A stretch of DNA of 64,000 nucleotides from assembly GCF_001447785.1 (NCBI RefSeq), contig NW_015163195.1, positions 73,267-137,266 of the forward strand, given 5' to 3'. The stretch's first letter is position 1, and the number at the start of each line of letters is the position of its first letter. The position numbers were made by a program, and so were the translations under genes. The notes under the pieces were generated by a model, which was not told the origin of the DNA, ran no database searches, and saw only the letters and a program-made list of their open reading frames with translations. This stretch comes from Gekko japonicus. Taxonomy: Eukaryota. Shown here one piece after another: positions 1-12,220 of this stretch.

Positions 1-42
1 AAATTGGTCTCTCTCTTTCTCTCCACCTCTTTCATTCTTTCC

Positions 43-45
<3 letters not shown>

Positions 46-94
<49 letters not shown>
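46..94. repeat. (CT)n microsatellite
   Basis: Uninterrupted CT dinucleotide run. Confidence 0.95.
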
Positions 95-99
<5 letters not shown>

Positions 100-560
100 A
101 ATCATAGAATGTTAGAGTTGGAAGGGACCTTGCAGGTCATCTAGTCCATCCCCTACATACCTACAACGTACCCGATAGAGGTTCGTCCAGCCTCCGCTTG
201 AAAACATCCAGCGAAGGAGCATCCACCCCCTCCCGAGGCAGACTGTTCCACTCCTCAACCACTCTAACAGTTAGGAAGTCTCTCCTGATATTTAGCCAGT
301 AACGACTCCCTTGTAATTTCCACCCATTAGATCCAGTCTTGCAATCCGGAGCAAGAGAGACTAGATCTGCTCCATCTTCTACATGACAGCCCTTCAAATA
401 CCTGAAGACCACAATCGTGTCCCCTCTAAGCCTTCTCTTTCCCAGGCTAAACAGACCCAACTCTTTCAGCCTTTCCTCACAAGACTTGGATTCCAACCCT
501 CTCATCATCCTGGTTGCCCTCTTCTGGACACGCTCGAGCTTGTCAACATCCTTCCTAAAA
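95..560 (-). mobile_element. CR1 LINE 3' fragment
   Basis: ORF 161-508(-) ERLKELGLFSLGKRRLRGD...WNSLP is the CR1 ORF2 C-terminus. It ends in an (ATTCTATG)-type tail (catagaatcatagaat on +). Confidence 0.9.
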
Positions 561-1074
561 TGTGTCTGTGTCCTTTTATCTCCAATACCTAGTATTACAT
601 TTTATGACAAATATGGCCTGGCCTGACAAAGTCCCATTTATGGCAGATCTGGCCCTTATTACAAATGAGTTTGACACCCCTGAACTAGACAGTGCTGGCC
701 TTGATGGACCAAGGGTCCGAATCAGTACACAGCAGTTTCACGTGTGTTCGCATCAGGAAGCCTTGTTGCATGACCCTCCCTCAGCAAATAGATAAGTTCA
801 TGGGAACTGTCCTTGTAGTGGAACCATTTCTGTAGAACTCTGCCCTGATTTGTTAGGGAGGATTAGAACAACAGGATTAGACCAACAATGGATCAGAACC
901 TGATCAGAAAGCAAGGTGTGATAGACAAGGCAGGGTTGCATCCGGAAGCTCGTGATATGCAGTTGAAGACACAAAGATGCAGGAATAGTCTTCAGACAGA
1001 CTAAGAGAGGGTCAGATTGCTGGTCTCAGTTCTTGGGAGCACACGAGTTTGCAGACTGAACTGGGAAGAAGATT

Positions 1075-1456
1075 TCAAGTAACTAATAAACAAATTACTG
1101 GAAGTTGCTGAAATGGATAAAATAACTTTAACCTTGAAAGGACACAGAGAGGACAAATTTGAACAAACAAGGTCAAGACTTTATCACTGGTTTGAAGAAC
1201 TGAGGTATTGAAACGTGTCATAACCAAAATAAAGGTTAATAAGAACATTATATTAAATATTGTGCAAAGTTTGGACAGTATCATATGGTATAGAGATAAG
1301 TTTTATGATTTTAGATATATGGATAACAAATTCTTTACCCAAAGTATGAAGGGATGGTCCCATTTTATGTTTGTGTTTAGTAATGTTAGTGTTTGTCTGT
1401 ATGTCTGTGGGGTATGTTTAATAAAACAAATGTATATCACACACATTAAAAAAAAG
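1075..1456 (+). mobile_element. L1-clade LINE 3' end fragment (decayed)
   Basis: KLLEVAEMDKIT-like ORF2 C-terminal remnant, AT-rich 3'UTR, AATAAA and A-tail near 1447. Confidence 0.55.
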
Positions 1457-2619
1457 ATTTCAAGTAAGGCAGAACTCCCTGGGAGTAAGTTTACAACACA
1501 ATGTTGTTTCCCCAAAGCCATCAGGCTAGGCTATGCTTCACATGTTCTGGACTCCTCTTTGGATACAAGCTGTGTATCCCCTGACACGATGAGGCAATAC
1601 CCATTGTGTATGGCTTCTCTGAGTCTGCTAAAAAGCCCCAGGTGAGCCACCAATTCTCAAAAGTTCCAGCAATTACACACCATTCCCAGTGGGTTTCCAT
1701 CTGAGGTTCATCCCCATGGCCCCCAGGCCAAGTAAAGTATTCTCACTTCTAATCCAGGTCTTATACAACCTGTCTCGTACAAACTAGTTACAGGGACATG
1801 CTCTTCATGTCGAAGATGGAAAGAGACCTTCCAAACTGACTGTAGGGTCCATGCTTGGGGATGACCAATCACTGTCACGCTGTAGTCTTCAGGCTGAGCG
1901 ATTTCTCCACTCTGACCTTGCAGTCTAGCAGCAGGGGCAGTGAAAGTTCGTGGGGTTTCCCTTTCCAACATGAACTGGAGCTGAACGGGAGGAGAAGGCA
2001 TCCATCCGTCCATGTGCAAAAGTGAGTCGCTTTCTAGCAGAAACTACTCATATTTTTCTGAGACAGAAAGATAAACAAGAATGGAGAACAGAGGTCAGTC
2101 CATTACAAATGCACATCTTACTGCAGATTTTCAGAGCAGTAAACCTTTAATCGTGTCTTCGAATTCTGTGCCTGCACTACGCACAATTCTTTCCCTCCGC
2201 TGTATTTATTCTGCAGCTACGATTTTAAAATGCAAACAAAATAAAAGGGGGATCATCAGCGCGGAATGAAATTAGGATGAGATGTAATGAGACTGGGATG
2301 GGAAGTCACAAGTTCTTTCAGAGCTGTTCTCTCAAGAGCAGTCCTCAAAAGAGCTCTCTCATCACCACCAACTTCACAAGGTGTCTGTTGTGGGGAGCGG
2401 AAGGGAAGGAGATAGTAAACTGCTCTGAGACTCCTTTTGGTAGTGAAAGGTCGGGTATAAATCTACCCTCTTCTTTTCTCTTCTTGGAAGGAAAACAGTT
2501 AATGGGGTACCTGGTAGAGGTTTATAAAATTCTGTATGGGTGCAGAAAGTAGAAGGAGACAACGTTTTCTCTCCATCTCATAATACCAGCACTCAGAGAA
2601 GAGGAATGAGAGGGGAGGT

Positions 2620-2850
2620 TGGCTTGGAGTCTCAGAGAGGCTTACAGTCTCTTTTCCCTTCCCCTCTCCACAACAGACACCCTGTGAGGTAGGTGGGGCT
2701 GAGAGAGCTCTTGAGAGAATTGCTCTTGAGAGGAAAGCTCTGAGAGAGCTTGTGACTGACGCAAGGGCACACCAGCAGCTGCATGTGGAATAGTGGGGAA
2801 TCAAACCCGGTTCTCCCAGATTAGAGTCCGCTCTCCTAACCACTATACAA
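2620..2850 (-). mobile_element. Squam3-like tRNA-derived CORE SINE, interrupting a CR1 3' fragment (~2490-3165)
   Basis: acagacaccctgtgaggtaggtggggctgagagagc...ggggaatcaaacccggttctcccagattagagtc, repeated at many places in the window. Confidence 0.75.
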
Positions 2851-3359
2851 AACAAAACGTATCCGATGGAGATAGTGGCAGTAGATTCAGGACAGACAAA
2901 AGGAAATACTTCTGTACTCATTACGTACTTACACTGTGGGATCCACTGCAGGTGGATGTAGCGATGGCAACCAGTACAGACGGCTTTGGAAGGAGGTTGG
3001 ACAGATTCAGGGAGGAGAGATCCATCAGAGGCTACTGAAGGGAGCATCCATATACCGAGGCAGCAAACCTCTGAAGACCAGGGCTGGCTGGCAGCATCAG
3101 AGGAAGGTCTCAGCCTCTCCGTACTGTTCATCGGCCCTTCAGGGGAACTGTTTGGCTTCTGAACAAAGTTTGAGTCCAGGGGCACCTTTTAAGATCAAAA
3201 AAGTTTAATTCTGGGTATCAGCTTTTGTGTGCATACACAATTCTTCAGATCACATAGAATTCTTCAGATCACATGGGATTCTTCAGAACACATGGGATTC
3301 ACTGCCACAGGAGGTTCAGATCACATAGAATTCTTAAGATCACATGGGATTCTTCAGAA

Positions 3360-3680
3360 CCCATGGAATTTACTGCCACAGGAGGTGGTGGCAGCTACAA
3401 GCATGGACGGCTTCAAGAGGGAATTAGATAAGCATATGGAGCAGAAGTCCATCAGTGGCTATAAGCCACAAGATACAGATAGGAACTCTCGGTTTGGGGC
3501 AAGGGATGCTCTGTATTCTTGGTGCTTGGGGGGGCAACAGTGGGAGGGCTTCTAGTGTCCTGGCCACACTGCTGGACCTCCTCATGGCACCTGGTATTTT
3601 TAGCCACTGTGTGACACAGAGTGTTGGACTAGATGGGCCATTGGCCTGATCTAACATTGGCATCTCTTATGTTCTTACGT
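3360..3680 (+). mobile_element. CR1 LINE 3' end
   Basis: WNLLPQEVVAATSMDGFKRELDKHME followed by a 3'UTR ending ctcttatgttctt. A near-identical copy lies at 23335-23775. Confidence 0.85.
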
Positions 3681-5134
3681 TGTTATCACATGCACATGAC
3701 AGCTTATACCAGAATTAAATGTTGTTGGTCTTCAAGAAGCCAGTGGACTCAAACTTTGTTCCGCTGCTTCAGACTAGCACAGTGACCCACCTGAATCCAT
3801 CTGTTTGTCTTCTGTGTGAGACCCTGTGCTGTATTAGATTGACCACAGGTCTGATCCACTAGAGCTCCTCTTCTGTTCTTCTGTTCACGAATAGGCCGGT
3901 GACAGCTTATAAATTCATAACCTCTGGAGGTCATATGTACCACCTTAATATTGCACCCGCTGCAATCACCTGCCATGCCATGAAGTTTACTTGCTTCCCC
4001 ACAGGTTTTGATGGAGCTAAACCATTCTGGATGCTGAATTTATTCACTACATTCATTCACTGACCACAACAGCTTGCTAAGGTCAACGAGAAGAAGAATT
4101 TCAAGGAGAATTTTTGAACATTTGCACCAACAAGAGGTAAGTTGTCATGATTCTCTTCTTGGTTGGAGTCCACTAGCACCTTAAGAGACCAACAAAGGTT
4201 TCAGGGATAGAAGCTTTTGAGAGTCAAGCCTCCCTCCGTTAGGTACTCTGTTAGCTCTGTTTCTTCGGAGGACAGCTGTGTTGGTCTGCAATAGAACAGA
4301 TTCAAATCTAGTAGCACCTTAGAGACCAACAAGGGTTTCAAGGCACGAGCTTTGGAGAGTCAAAGATGCTTTCGTTGGACATGAGAAATGTATATCTCTG
4401 AGTGCTTTGATCCTAGTCAGAAGACGGGAGAGGTGTTGTAAAGAAGGCGTGTAAAGGATGCAAAGGGACAATGCAGATGGTAATCAGCTTGATCAAAGCA
4501 CTAAATTGGCTTGATTAGATCTTCTGGCTCTTTCATTCTTGTAATTCTGCAGTGCACCTGGGTTGTAGAAGAACACGCCTTTTGGTGCCTGCTTTTCTCC
4601 ACTCTGCTATTTTCATTACTGCCTATTCCCTTCACTTTTTATCTTTGCCCCCTTGAACACAATCAGTCACAAACCTAGTTTAGGCTTATTGGGTGTTGTA
4701 AATAAGAAGTGGGCAACTGACCAGTTATGAAGGTGCACAGAGAGTTTATATAGTTATAAAGGTGAATATATACAGAGATATTTACAGGCTATTGAACAGC
4801 ATGCCGTGCCTTAGTCTATGAGAACTGAGTCCCCTCCAGCTTACTAAGCTGATAGCTATTATGCTAAACCCCAGCCAATCTCTAACAGGGTGATGTAATC
4901 ACTAACTCTAACAAGACCTGAAAGTGCAACACCTGCTAGAAACACCTGGCTGTAATTACATGATTACTAGCATGACAGCTAGGTCTGACAAACAGATCAA
5001 ACTGATCTATAGTAACTGCTTGCTACCTCTATCACTCTGACATATATCTCAATAAGGCTTTGACAGGATTCAGGGAGGTCTACTGCAGGTTGATTCTCAG
5101 CTACTGAGCACTTCCTTGGCTTTTGTCACGACAG

Positions 5135-5700
5135 CCAGCGGGGTGTGGTGGTTAGGAATGGCAGACTGTAATCTGGATTCCCCACTCCTCCTCCACATGG
5201 GCCAGTCCAGTTCTCTCAAAACACTCTCAGCCCCACCTGCCTCACATGGTGCCTGTTGTGGGGAGCAGAAGGGATGGCGAATTGTAAGCTGCTTTGAGGC
5301 TCATTGTTGTTGTTGTTGTTCAGTCGCACAGTCGAGTCCAATTCTTCGTGACACCATGGACCACATCACGCCAGGCCCTCCTGACTTCCGTCGTGCTCCG
5401 GAGTTTGCTTAATTTCATGTTCGTTGCATTGATAACACTGTCTAACCATCTCATCCGTTGTCATCCCCTTCTTCTTGTACCTTCAGTCTTTCCCAGGCCC
5501 AGGGTCTTCTTCTCAAGGAAGTGATCCCTTCTCATTTGGTGGCCAATGTACTTAAGCTTCAGCTTCAGTATCTCACCTTCCAGGGAACAGTCAGGGTTGA
5601 TTTCCTTTAGGATTGACTGATGTGATCTCCTTGCAGTCCTTGCAGGCTCATTAGGGTACAGAAAAGTGGGATATGAAAACGTAGTCGTCGTCTTCTTCTA
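5135..5700 (+). mobile_element. Squam3-like SINE split by a BovB insertion
   Basis: SINE head ggggtgtggtggttagg, body ctcagccccacctgcctcac; the tail resumes at 5653. Confidence 0.7.
5306..5643 (-). mobile_element. BovB/RTE LINE 3' end with 9-bp TSD
   Basis: (CAA)n tail (ttgttgttg on +), RTE 3' sequence, TSD aggctcatt at 5297-5305 and 5644-5652. Confidence 0.85.
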
Positions 5701-6014
5701 TTGGGATTTTCTGCAAATCCCACTGATCCTTGGATGATCATCTTCAAGTAGACCTTCATCCCTTACCTTTATCATCATAACCATTGTCAATAATAATAGT
5801 ATGGCCCATTACAGAGTAGAAGATAGAAAGTCACTTCACCAAAGAGTCTCCCATCTAAAGGTGAAACGAAAGCAAAAAGTGAAAAGTGAGAGGGAACGAC
5901 TAGGGCAAGGGGAAAACGTGTATGGCTTCCAGTTTCAAATTCTTACATTTAGTTTCCAAAGCAGAGAGAAGTTAAAATATTTGACCTAATGCTTCACAGG
6001 AAAAGTGTGTATTA

Positions 6015-6930
6015 TCTTTTTAAAATTTTTATTTTAAAAGAATATTGAGGGTACAAAAACCAAAAGGATGAAAAGTATTTATTTAGAAAAATTAAAAGAT
6101 TATACAGAATATTTACATTTATCTAGGACAACCATAATACACATATTGTATCAAAAACAAATACATATTTTTCTCCCATCTCATTCATTTTCATTTATAA
6201 CAAGGCATTTGCAATTACAGTTACCTCAAGAGGGCAGAAAAATAATTAGGAAAAAGAATAAACAATATATATTTTAAATCTCTTTCGATTTTCATTTGTT
6301 ATATACTTTATAGATAAGAAGGGCTGTGATAAATTAAAATTACCAGTTTACCAAACCTCAAACAATATTAATCTGATGGTGATTAAAGTATAAAATCATG
6401 CTACATATATTATTGACTATATCCCCATTTAATTTATACATAACATCTTCAGTGAATTATATCTTTTCTCCCTGATTATGACATGAAATGTGAATAATAG
6501 GATTTCCATTTCTTCTGAAATTCTTTAATCAGTCTTCTATTTACATTGCTTGTTAGTTTTTCCATTGCTGCAGATTCAGCTAATTTATCCTTCCAGTTCT
6601 CTCCATTTGGGCATTCTTCTGCTTTCCATTTTGTTGCTAGAATAACTCTGGCCGCCGTTATCATATAGCTGAATAGCTCTCACGAATTTTGTTTCAATAT
6701 TCTCAGGTAAAATGCATGTATTTCTTTCCAATATTTCTTCATCTTTGTACATGTTCATCACATATGGTAGAAAGTACCATCCATTCCTTTTCATTTTCAA
6801 CGTCCTTTTATAAGTTTTGTCCATCTTCAAAAAGTGTGTATTCTCAATGGATTTACAAAAAGTGAGAGAGGTGGAGGCATACCAGTATTGTGGGAGAAAT
6901 TTCCAGGCATAAGTAACAGCAGGTGAAAAA
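6015..6930 (-). mobile_element. L1-clade LINE 3' fragment
   Basis: ORF 6476-6664(-) ITAARVILATKWK...EKLT...FQKKW resembles the non-mammalian L1 ORF2 C-terminus. T-rich tail on +. Confidence 0.75.
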
Positions 6931-7250
6931 AGGAGCATTATTTGGAGACACTAAATGAGGAGGAAAAGAGCAACAAGAGTCTTGGATGTGGGGAGGATGG
7001 TGACCCTGGCATTGTATATGTGGTAGAGAAGAGGGCTCGGGAGGAAAGAGAAGGTTGAGTGCGGGAAATATACTGAGAGCCGGAGATTTTGCAATGGCAG
7101 CGCAGACATCCAAGTGGAAATCTCAGACTGACAACGGGAGATGCAGGGCTGGAAGGAGGGAGAAAGCTCAGAGGCAGAGCCGGGTGTCATCCGTGTGAAG
7201 GTGGTGATGAAGGAACACCGTGGGAGTGGACGAAGTCACCCACGGACAAG
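6930..7250 (-). mobile_element. L2-like LINE remnant (related remnants at ~30950-31210, 37400-37800, 58750-59170)
   Basis: Minus-strand CISRCQSEISTWMS resembles the L2 RT 'CLSDISAWM' motif. The segment gagacactaaatgaggag also occurs at 37641 and 59035. Confidence 0.55.
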
Positions 7251-7894
7251 TGCATTTAGATTATAAGGTAGTGAGATACCATAAGAAAAGGGAAAGGACA
7301 CACTTCTCCCCACCCCACCCCGATGGACCAGGGGAAAGAAGAGGAATTTGCAAGTAGGAAAAGAAGTAGCTAAGGGCGGGGTCATGGAAACCTAGGGCTT
7401 GAAGCAGCAGAATGAATAAATGTATCTAAGGAAGGAGTCGAAGGGGGAAGCAGACTGCGGGGAGACCTTGTGGGAGAGCCAGGGAGGGTGCCTTGGGGCA
7501 TGCCTGACTATATTGTGAAAGATAGAGGACAATTCCTCCAGGTGGTGTGATTTGGGGTAGTTTAGAAGTGTTGCATCACTAGATACATGATAGATGAGAC
7601 AGAGGACAGGATGATCTTTTGATGGATAAAATCAGCCTGCAGTTTTGTCCTCCTCCAAAGGTGTTCAGCTGCACCAGCAAAAGAATGGGGATATCTGGTG
7701 GAGAGAGTGAGAGGAAGAAGTGAGTTAAGAACAGGGAAGTCTTGGGGGCAGAAATTGCAGGGGGACAAAACTTCCACAGTTCCTTTTCCTGAGCAACAAT
7801 TGTTCCTCATAACAACATGCAGCTTTAATCGACTTGAGGATTGCCAAACCGATGCTCAGAGGTGTCGCTCATCACAGTACCTAAGATGTGTTTT

Positions 7895-7926
7895 CTCCAC
7901 CCATCTTTCTCTCCTTGCAGGTGAGT
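7895..7926 (+). promoter_or_regulatory. Splice acceptor of the OR-A coding exon fused to a consensus donor (Py-tract CAG|GTGAGT)
   Basis: ctccacccatctttctctccttgcAG(7919-7920)|GTGAGT; ATG 18 nt downstream. Confidence 0.7.
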
Positions 7927-7938
7927 CCAGAGCTCTCA

Positions 7939-8895
7939 ATGGGAGTGAGGAATCAGACGCGAGTGGTGGAATTTGTCTTCCTGGGTTTCTCCAGCATTCC
8001 GAACAGCCACATCTACCTCTTCCTGCCATTCCTAGTCATTTACTTGGTCACCGTGCTGGGGAACCTCACGATATTTATTCTAATTCAACTGGATTCCAGC
8101 CTCCAGAGCCCCATGTATTACTTCCTCAGCCACCTCTCCTGCTTAGATATTTGCCTCTCCTCCGTCACGGTCCCCAAGATCTTGGTGAACTTCTTGTGCC
8201 AGCGACAGACCATCACGTACAACCAGTGCATGGCCCAGATGTTCTTCTTGATGTCTTTCACAGGGACAGAGGCTGCATTGCTGGGTATCATGGCCTATGA
8301 CCGCTATGTTGCCATCTGCAAGCCTTTGCATTACTCCCTGCTCATGAGCACCAAGGTGTGTGCCATTTTAGCCTTTTCCACCTGGGTCTGGGGCTTCTTA
8401 GACTCTGCTCTCCATACAGCTCTCAGCTCCAAGTTGCTATTTTGTGGAGTCAACCAGATTCATCACGTCTTCTGTGATCTCCCCGCACTGATGAAGATTT
8501 CTTGCAGCGATACACAGGCCATAGAAATGGTGTTAGGTATTGCCAGCCTTTTTGTGGGCGTGGCCCCCTTCCTGTTCACGATCCTCTCCTACGCCTTCAT
8601 CCTGTCCTCCATCTTGAAGATCCGTTCCACAACCGGCAAGCGCAAAGCTTTTTCCACTTGTGCTTCTCACCTAACTGTTGTCACCGTTTACTACGGAAAT
8701 GGGCTACTGAACTACAATAGACCAAGCACCGGGTACTCCTTGGAGATTGACACCCTGGTCTCCATCATGTTCTGCATAAGCCCCCCGATGTTGAACCCCC
8801 TCATCTACAGCCTCCGCAACAAGGAGGTGAATAGAACTTTTGCTCACAAGGTTCCACAGCTTAGCGGGAACAATGGTCACCACACTAGAAATTAG
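7939..8895 (+). CDS. Olfactory receptor, class II (OR-A), 318 aa, atypical C-terminus
   Basis: NQT glycosylation site, GN in TM1, [53 protein letters not shown]. The true ATG is at 7939; the ORF track starts at an upstream GTG. Confidence 0.92.
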   Translation: MGVRNQTRVVEFVFLGFSSIPNSHIYLFLPFLVIYLVTVLGNLTIFILIQLDSSLQSPMYYFLSHLSCLDICLSSVTVPKILVNFLCQRQTITYNQCMAQMFFLMSFTGTEAALLGIMAYDRYVAICKPLHYSLLMSTKVCAILAFSTWVWGFLDSALHTALSSKLLFCGVNQIHHVFCDLPALMKISCSDTQAIEMVLGIASLFVGVAPFLFTILSYAFILSSILKIRSTTGKRKAFSTCASHLTVVTVYYGNGLLNYNRPSTGYSLEIDTLVSIMFCISPPMLNPLIYSLRNKEVNRTFAHKVPQLSGNNGHHTRN

Positions 8896-9139
8896 GGCAT
8901 TCTGTGGTATTTGTCAGTGTCGCTCCCCTGGAGAGCTACTGGCTCCAGAATTTTGAAATCTCCGGTGTTCACTGTTCTCTCATTTTGCTATAGCAGGACA
9001 TATTGAAGCAGTCGGGAACACACCAAGTCAGTAGCTGAACGGAAATGAAAGCCAGGAATTAAGAAAATTACAAAGGAGTCAGAATAAAAAGAATGGGGGG
9101 GAAATAAGAAAAGCTCTTATATGCCAAGAAGAAGATAAG

Positions 9140-9536
9140 AGGAAGAGGAAGAAGAGGAGGAGGAGGAGGAGGAGGAGGAGATTGGATTTATACCCCACCC
9201 TTCACTACCCAAAGGAGTCTCAGAGCGGCTTACTAACTCTTTTCCCTTCCCATTCCCACAACAGAGACCCTGTGTTATACCCCGCCCTTCACTACCCAAA
9301 GGTGTCTCAAAGCGGCTTACAAACTCCTTCGCCTTCCCCTCCTCACAACAGACACCCTGTGAGGTAGGTGGGGCTGAGAGAACTCTTGGCAGAAACTGCT
9401 CTTTTGCGAGAACAGCTCTTATCAGAACTACGGCTTGCCCAAGGTCATTCAGCAGGTGCAAGTGGAGGAGTGGGGGAATCAAACCCGGTTCTCCCAGAGT
9501 AGAGTCCGCGCACTGAACCACTACACCAAACTGGCT
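9140..9536 (-). mobile_element. Squam3-like SINE with internal duplication and (CCT/CTT)n tail
   Basis: Complete head-to-tail SINE; the 3' segment is duplicated (9186-9270 and 9275-9360). Confidence 0.8.
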
Positions 9537-10133
9537 GGTTGAAGGAGGGCCCAGACTTCATGTCCTTTGCTGAATGCCCAGTTCTAAGCATCTCACTAGG
9601 ATCTGATTCGTATTTAGTGGCTGAAATTGAACTGCAGTGGCTGTTAAATACTTCTACTTTCTTGCCTTTTCTGTCCACTCGTTAGTCAATAAAGTTTACT
9701 TGTACTTGCTAGAGGTCTCTCTCTCTCTCTCTCTTTCTCTCTTTCCAGCTCTATTGGGGTGGGGGTATCCCAACATCAGCAGCCACCTGGATCAGAGTGT
9801 GCACATATGGGGATGCGTAGGCATGCACACGAGAGGATCCTGGTAACAGCCAACCACTGAACATGAGCAGAGTGCTAATTAGACATTCCTCTTCCAGAAC
9901 TCTACATCTTGTGGGGTGAGGTGTCATTTCAGGACACCAACCCAAGTCTATAGAACAGGACATTACACCTTTTTATATAAAATATGTCTGCAAAAGGAAC
10001 AGACTTGTAAGCCCCTCTGGCTCCTTTGGGTTCATCCCCAGGAGACTCGCAAACCTATGGCTGTCCCACATCTCTGTGTGGTGACAGTGTCCCTTCCCTG
10101 GCTCTTCGTGGGTGCCAAAAACAAACTCATAGA

Positions 10134-10676
10134 ATCTTGGTGCATGGGGGGGGGAGGCTACAGTGGGAGGGGCTTCTAGTGTCCTTGCCCCACTGGTGGA
10201 CCTCCTGAGGGCACCTGGTATTTTTGGCCACTGTGTGACAGAGTGTTGGACTGGATGGGCCATTGGCCTGCTCCAGCATTGGCTTCTCTTATGTTCTTAT
10301 ATCTGGGGCAAGTGATGCACTGTATTCCTGGTGCTTGGGGGGGGGCAACAGTGGGAGGGCTTCTAGTGTCCTTGCCCCACTGCTGGACCTCCTGATGGCA
10401 CCTGGTATTTTTGGCCACCATGGGACAGAGTGTTGGACTGGATGGGCCATCGGCCTGATCCCACATTGGCGTCTCTTATGCTCTCATGTCTGGGGCAAGG
10501 GATGTTCTGTATTCCTGGTGCTTGGGGGGGGGCAACAGTGGGAGGGCTTCTAGTGTCCTTGCCCCACTGCTGGACCTCCTGATGGCCCCTGGTATTTTTG
10601 GCTACTCTGTGACAGAGTGTTGGACTGGATGGGCCATTGGCCTGATCCAACATTGGCTTCTCTTATGTTCTTATGT
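10134..10676 (+). repeat. Three tandem ~187-bp copies of a CR1 3'UTR unit
   Basis: Each copy contains cagtgggag(g)ggcttctagtgtccttgccccactg...ctcttatg. Single copies occur at 3490-3680 and 23590-23775. Confidence 0.9.
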
Positions 10677-11729
10677 TCTAGAATCATAGAGTTGGAAGGC
10701 ACCTCTGGGATCATCTAGTCCAACCCCCTGCACGACACAGGAAATTCACAAACACCCCCAATGACCCCCCTGCTCCATGCCCCGCTGCCACCAATAACTC
10801 TGAGAGAATCTTCTGCTAAATGGAATCTTGGGTCTAACATGCACTATCTGCGTTGCTCTTTGGAGGCTCTGCCTAGTTGCTGCACCTCTGTCGGGTAGCC
10901 CTGTCACAGAGTTGGAATGTGGAGGGTTGCACCTCCTCCTCTTCTTTCCCAGCTCAACCCTGTCTAGCTTCTGAATTCTATCTCTTGCAAATTAACCGGC
11001 CTGGGAACCTTAACTGCTTATGTGCTCATCTGCTTGCTTGCTCAGCTTCAGCCCGCACACAAGGAAATATATTCATTGGCTTTGGCTTATGGGGGGGGGG
11101 GGTTGTTTGATTTTACTATATGTCAGTGGCCATCATATTGCAGGTCATTCCTGACACAAGCTGTATACTTGTCCTTTAGTAATGGACGACCAATAAAACA
11201 CTTATCTTTTCAAGAAGCCTTTGTATGTGGTGTGATCCTGCTAAGGAGCCTGGCAGCCTCTCACTTTGCTCCTACAATCTAGCCCAGGGGTGGGGGGGGG
11301 ACCTATTGCAACTGTGCAATTTTGAGCTCTCACACTCCAGGGATGCCAGACTTACTCACTGCCCTTTTCCGCTACCACACTAGTTCTGGATCCACAAGAG
11401 ACCCCCGCAAAGATATATATTTGTCGTTCCTGCACACCCCTAAACCCTACTCTAGATCCAGGACTGTCCTGGCCTGGTTCTGAATGGGTTGTGCCGGCCC
11501 AGCACTCTGCCCCATTGAAGTCCCTCCCCTCCCCAAACCATCACCTCCTCGGGATCCACCACCAAAACCACTGGGTATTTCCCAACCCAGAGCTCAAAAC
11601 CCCATGAGAAGGGCTTGACAGCAATTCACCCCTTGTCCTCCTACCCACAGAGAAACTCCATGAGAGGAATGTGGGGGTTTGCTGCCCCCAAACAAGTGGT
11701 GGGTGATGCTGAACACATAAGAACATGAA

Positions 11730-12220
11730 GTGGCCTCGTTTTGAATCAGCATAGGAAAAGGATGTATATTGTCACCTTGCTTATTTAATATATATGCAGA
11801 GTACATCATGCGAAGATCCCAGATCACCGCAGACGGTGACAGCAGCCATGAAATTAAAAGATGCCTGCTCCTTGGGAGGAAAGCGATGGCGCACCTAAAC
11901 AGCGTGATCAAAAGTAGAGACATCACCCTGCCAACAAAAGTCTGCGTGGTCAAAGCAATGGTATTCCCAGGAGTCATGTATGGCTGCGAGAGTTGGACTA
12001 TAAGGAAGGCCAAGCGCCGAAGAATAGATTCTTTTGAACTGTGGTGCTGGAGAAGACTCTTGAGAGTCCCTTGGACTGCAAGAAGATCAAATCAGTCAAT
12101 CCTAAAAGAAATCAACTCTGACTGTTCCCTGGAAGGCCAGATAATGAAACTGAAGCTCAAATACTTTGGCCACCCAATGAGAAGGGAGCACTCCCTGGAG
12201 AAGAAGACCCTGATGCTGGA
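11730..12220 (+). mobile_element. BovB/RTE LINE ORF fragment with internal deletion
   Basis: LSPCLFNIYAEYIMR joined to ITADGDSSHEIKRCLLLGRKAM...YGCESWTI...FELWCWRRLLRVPWTARRSNQSIL, diagnostic BovB peptides. Confidence 0.92.

Noticed and set aside
3165-4400. Inverted and direct repeat fragments (gagtccag..gcacctt..agaccaac) resembling Penelope-type termini
   Set aside because: Too short and decayed to assign boundaries or family from sequence alone.
4694-5042. Possible solo LTR (TGTTG...TGACA)
   Set aside because: No matching TSD and no second copy in the window.
7888-7938. N-terminal extensions MFSPPIFLSLQ... and MSSE... given by the ORF track for the ORs
   Set aside because: They start at GTG codons and translate the polypyrimidine tract or 5'UTR. 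The first ATG followed by NQT is the plausible start.
9455-9536. tRNA genes at SINE heads
   Set aside because: The A/B-box-like heads continue into SINE bodies and form no complete cloverleaf.
10134-10676. CRISPR-like array
   Set aside because: Eukaryotic context; the whole units repeat with no unique spacers and derive from the CR1 3'UTR.
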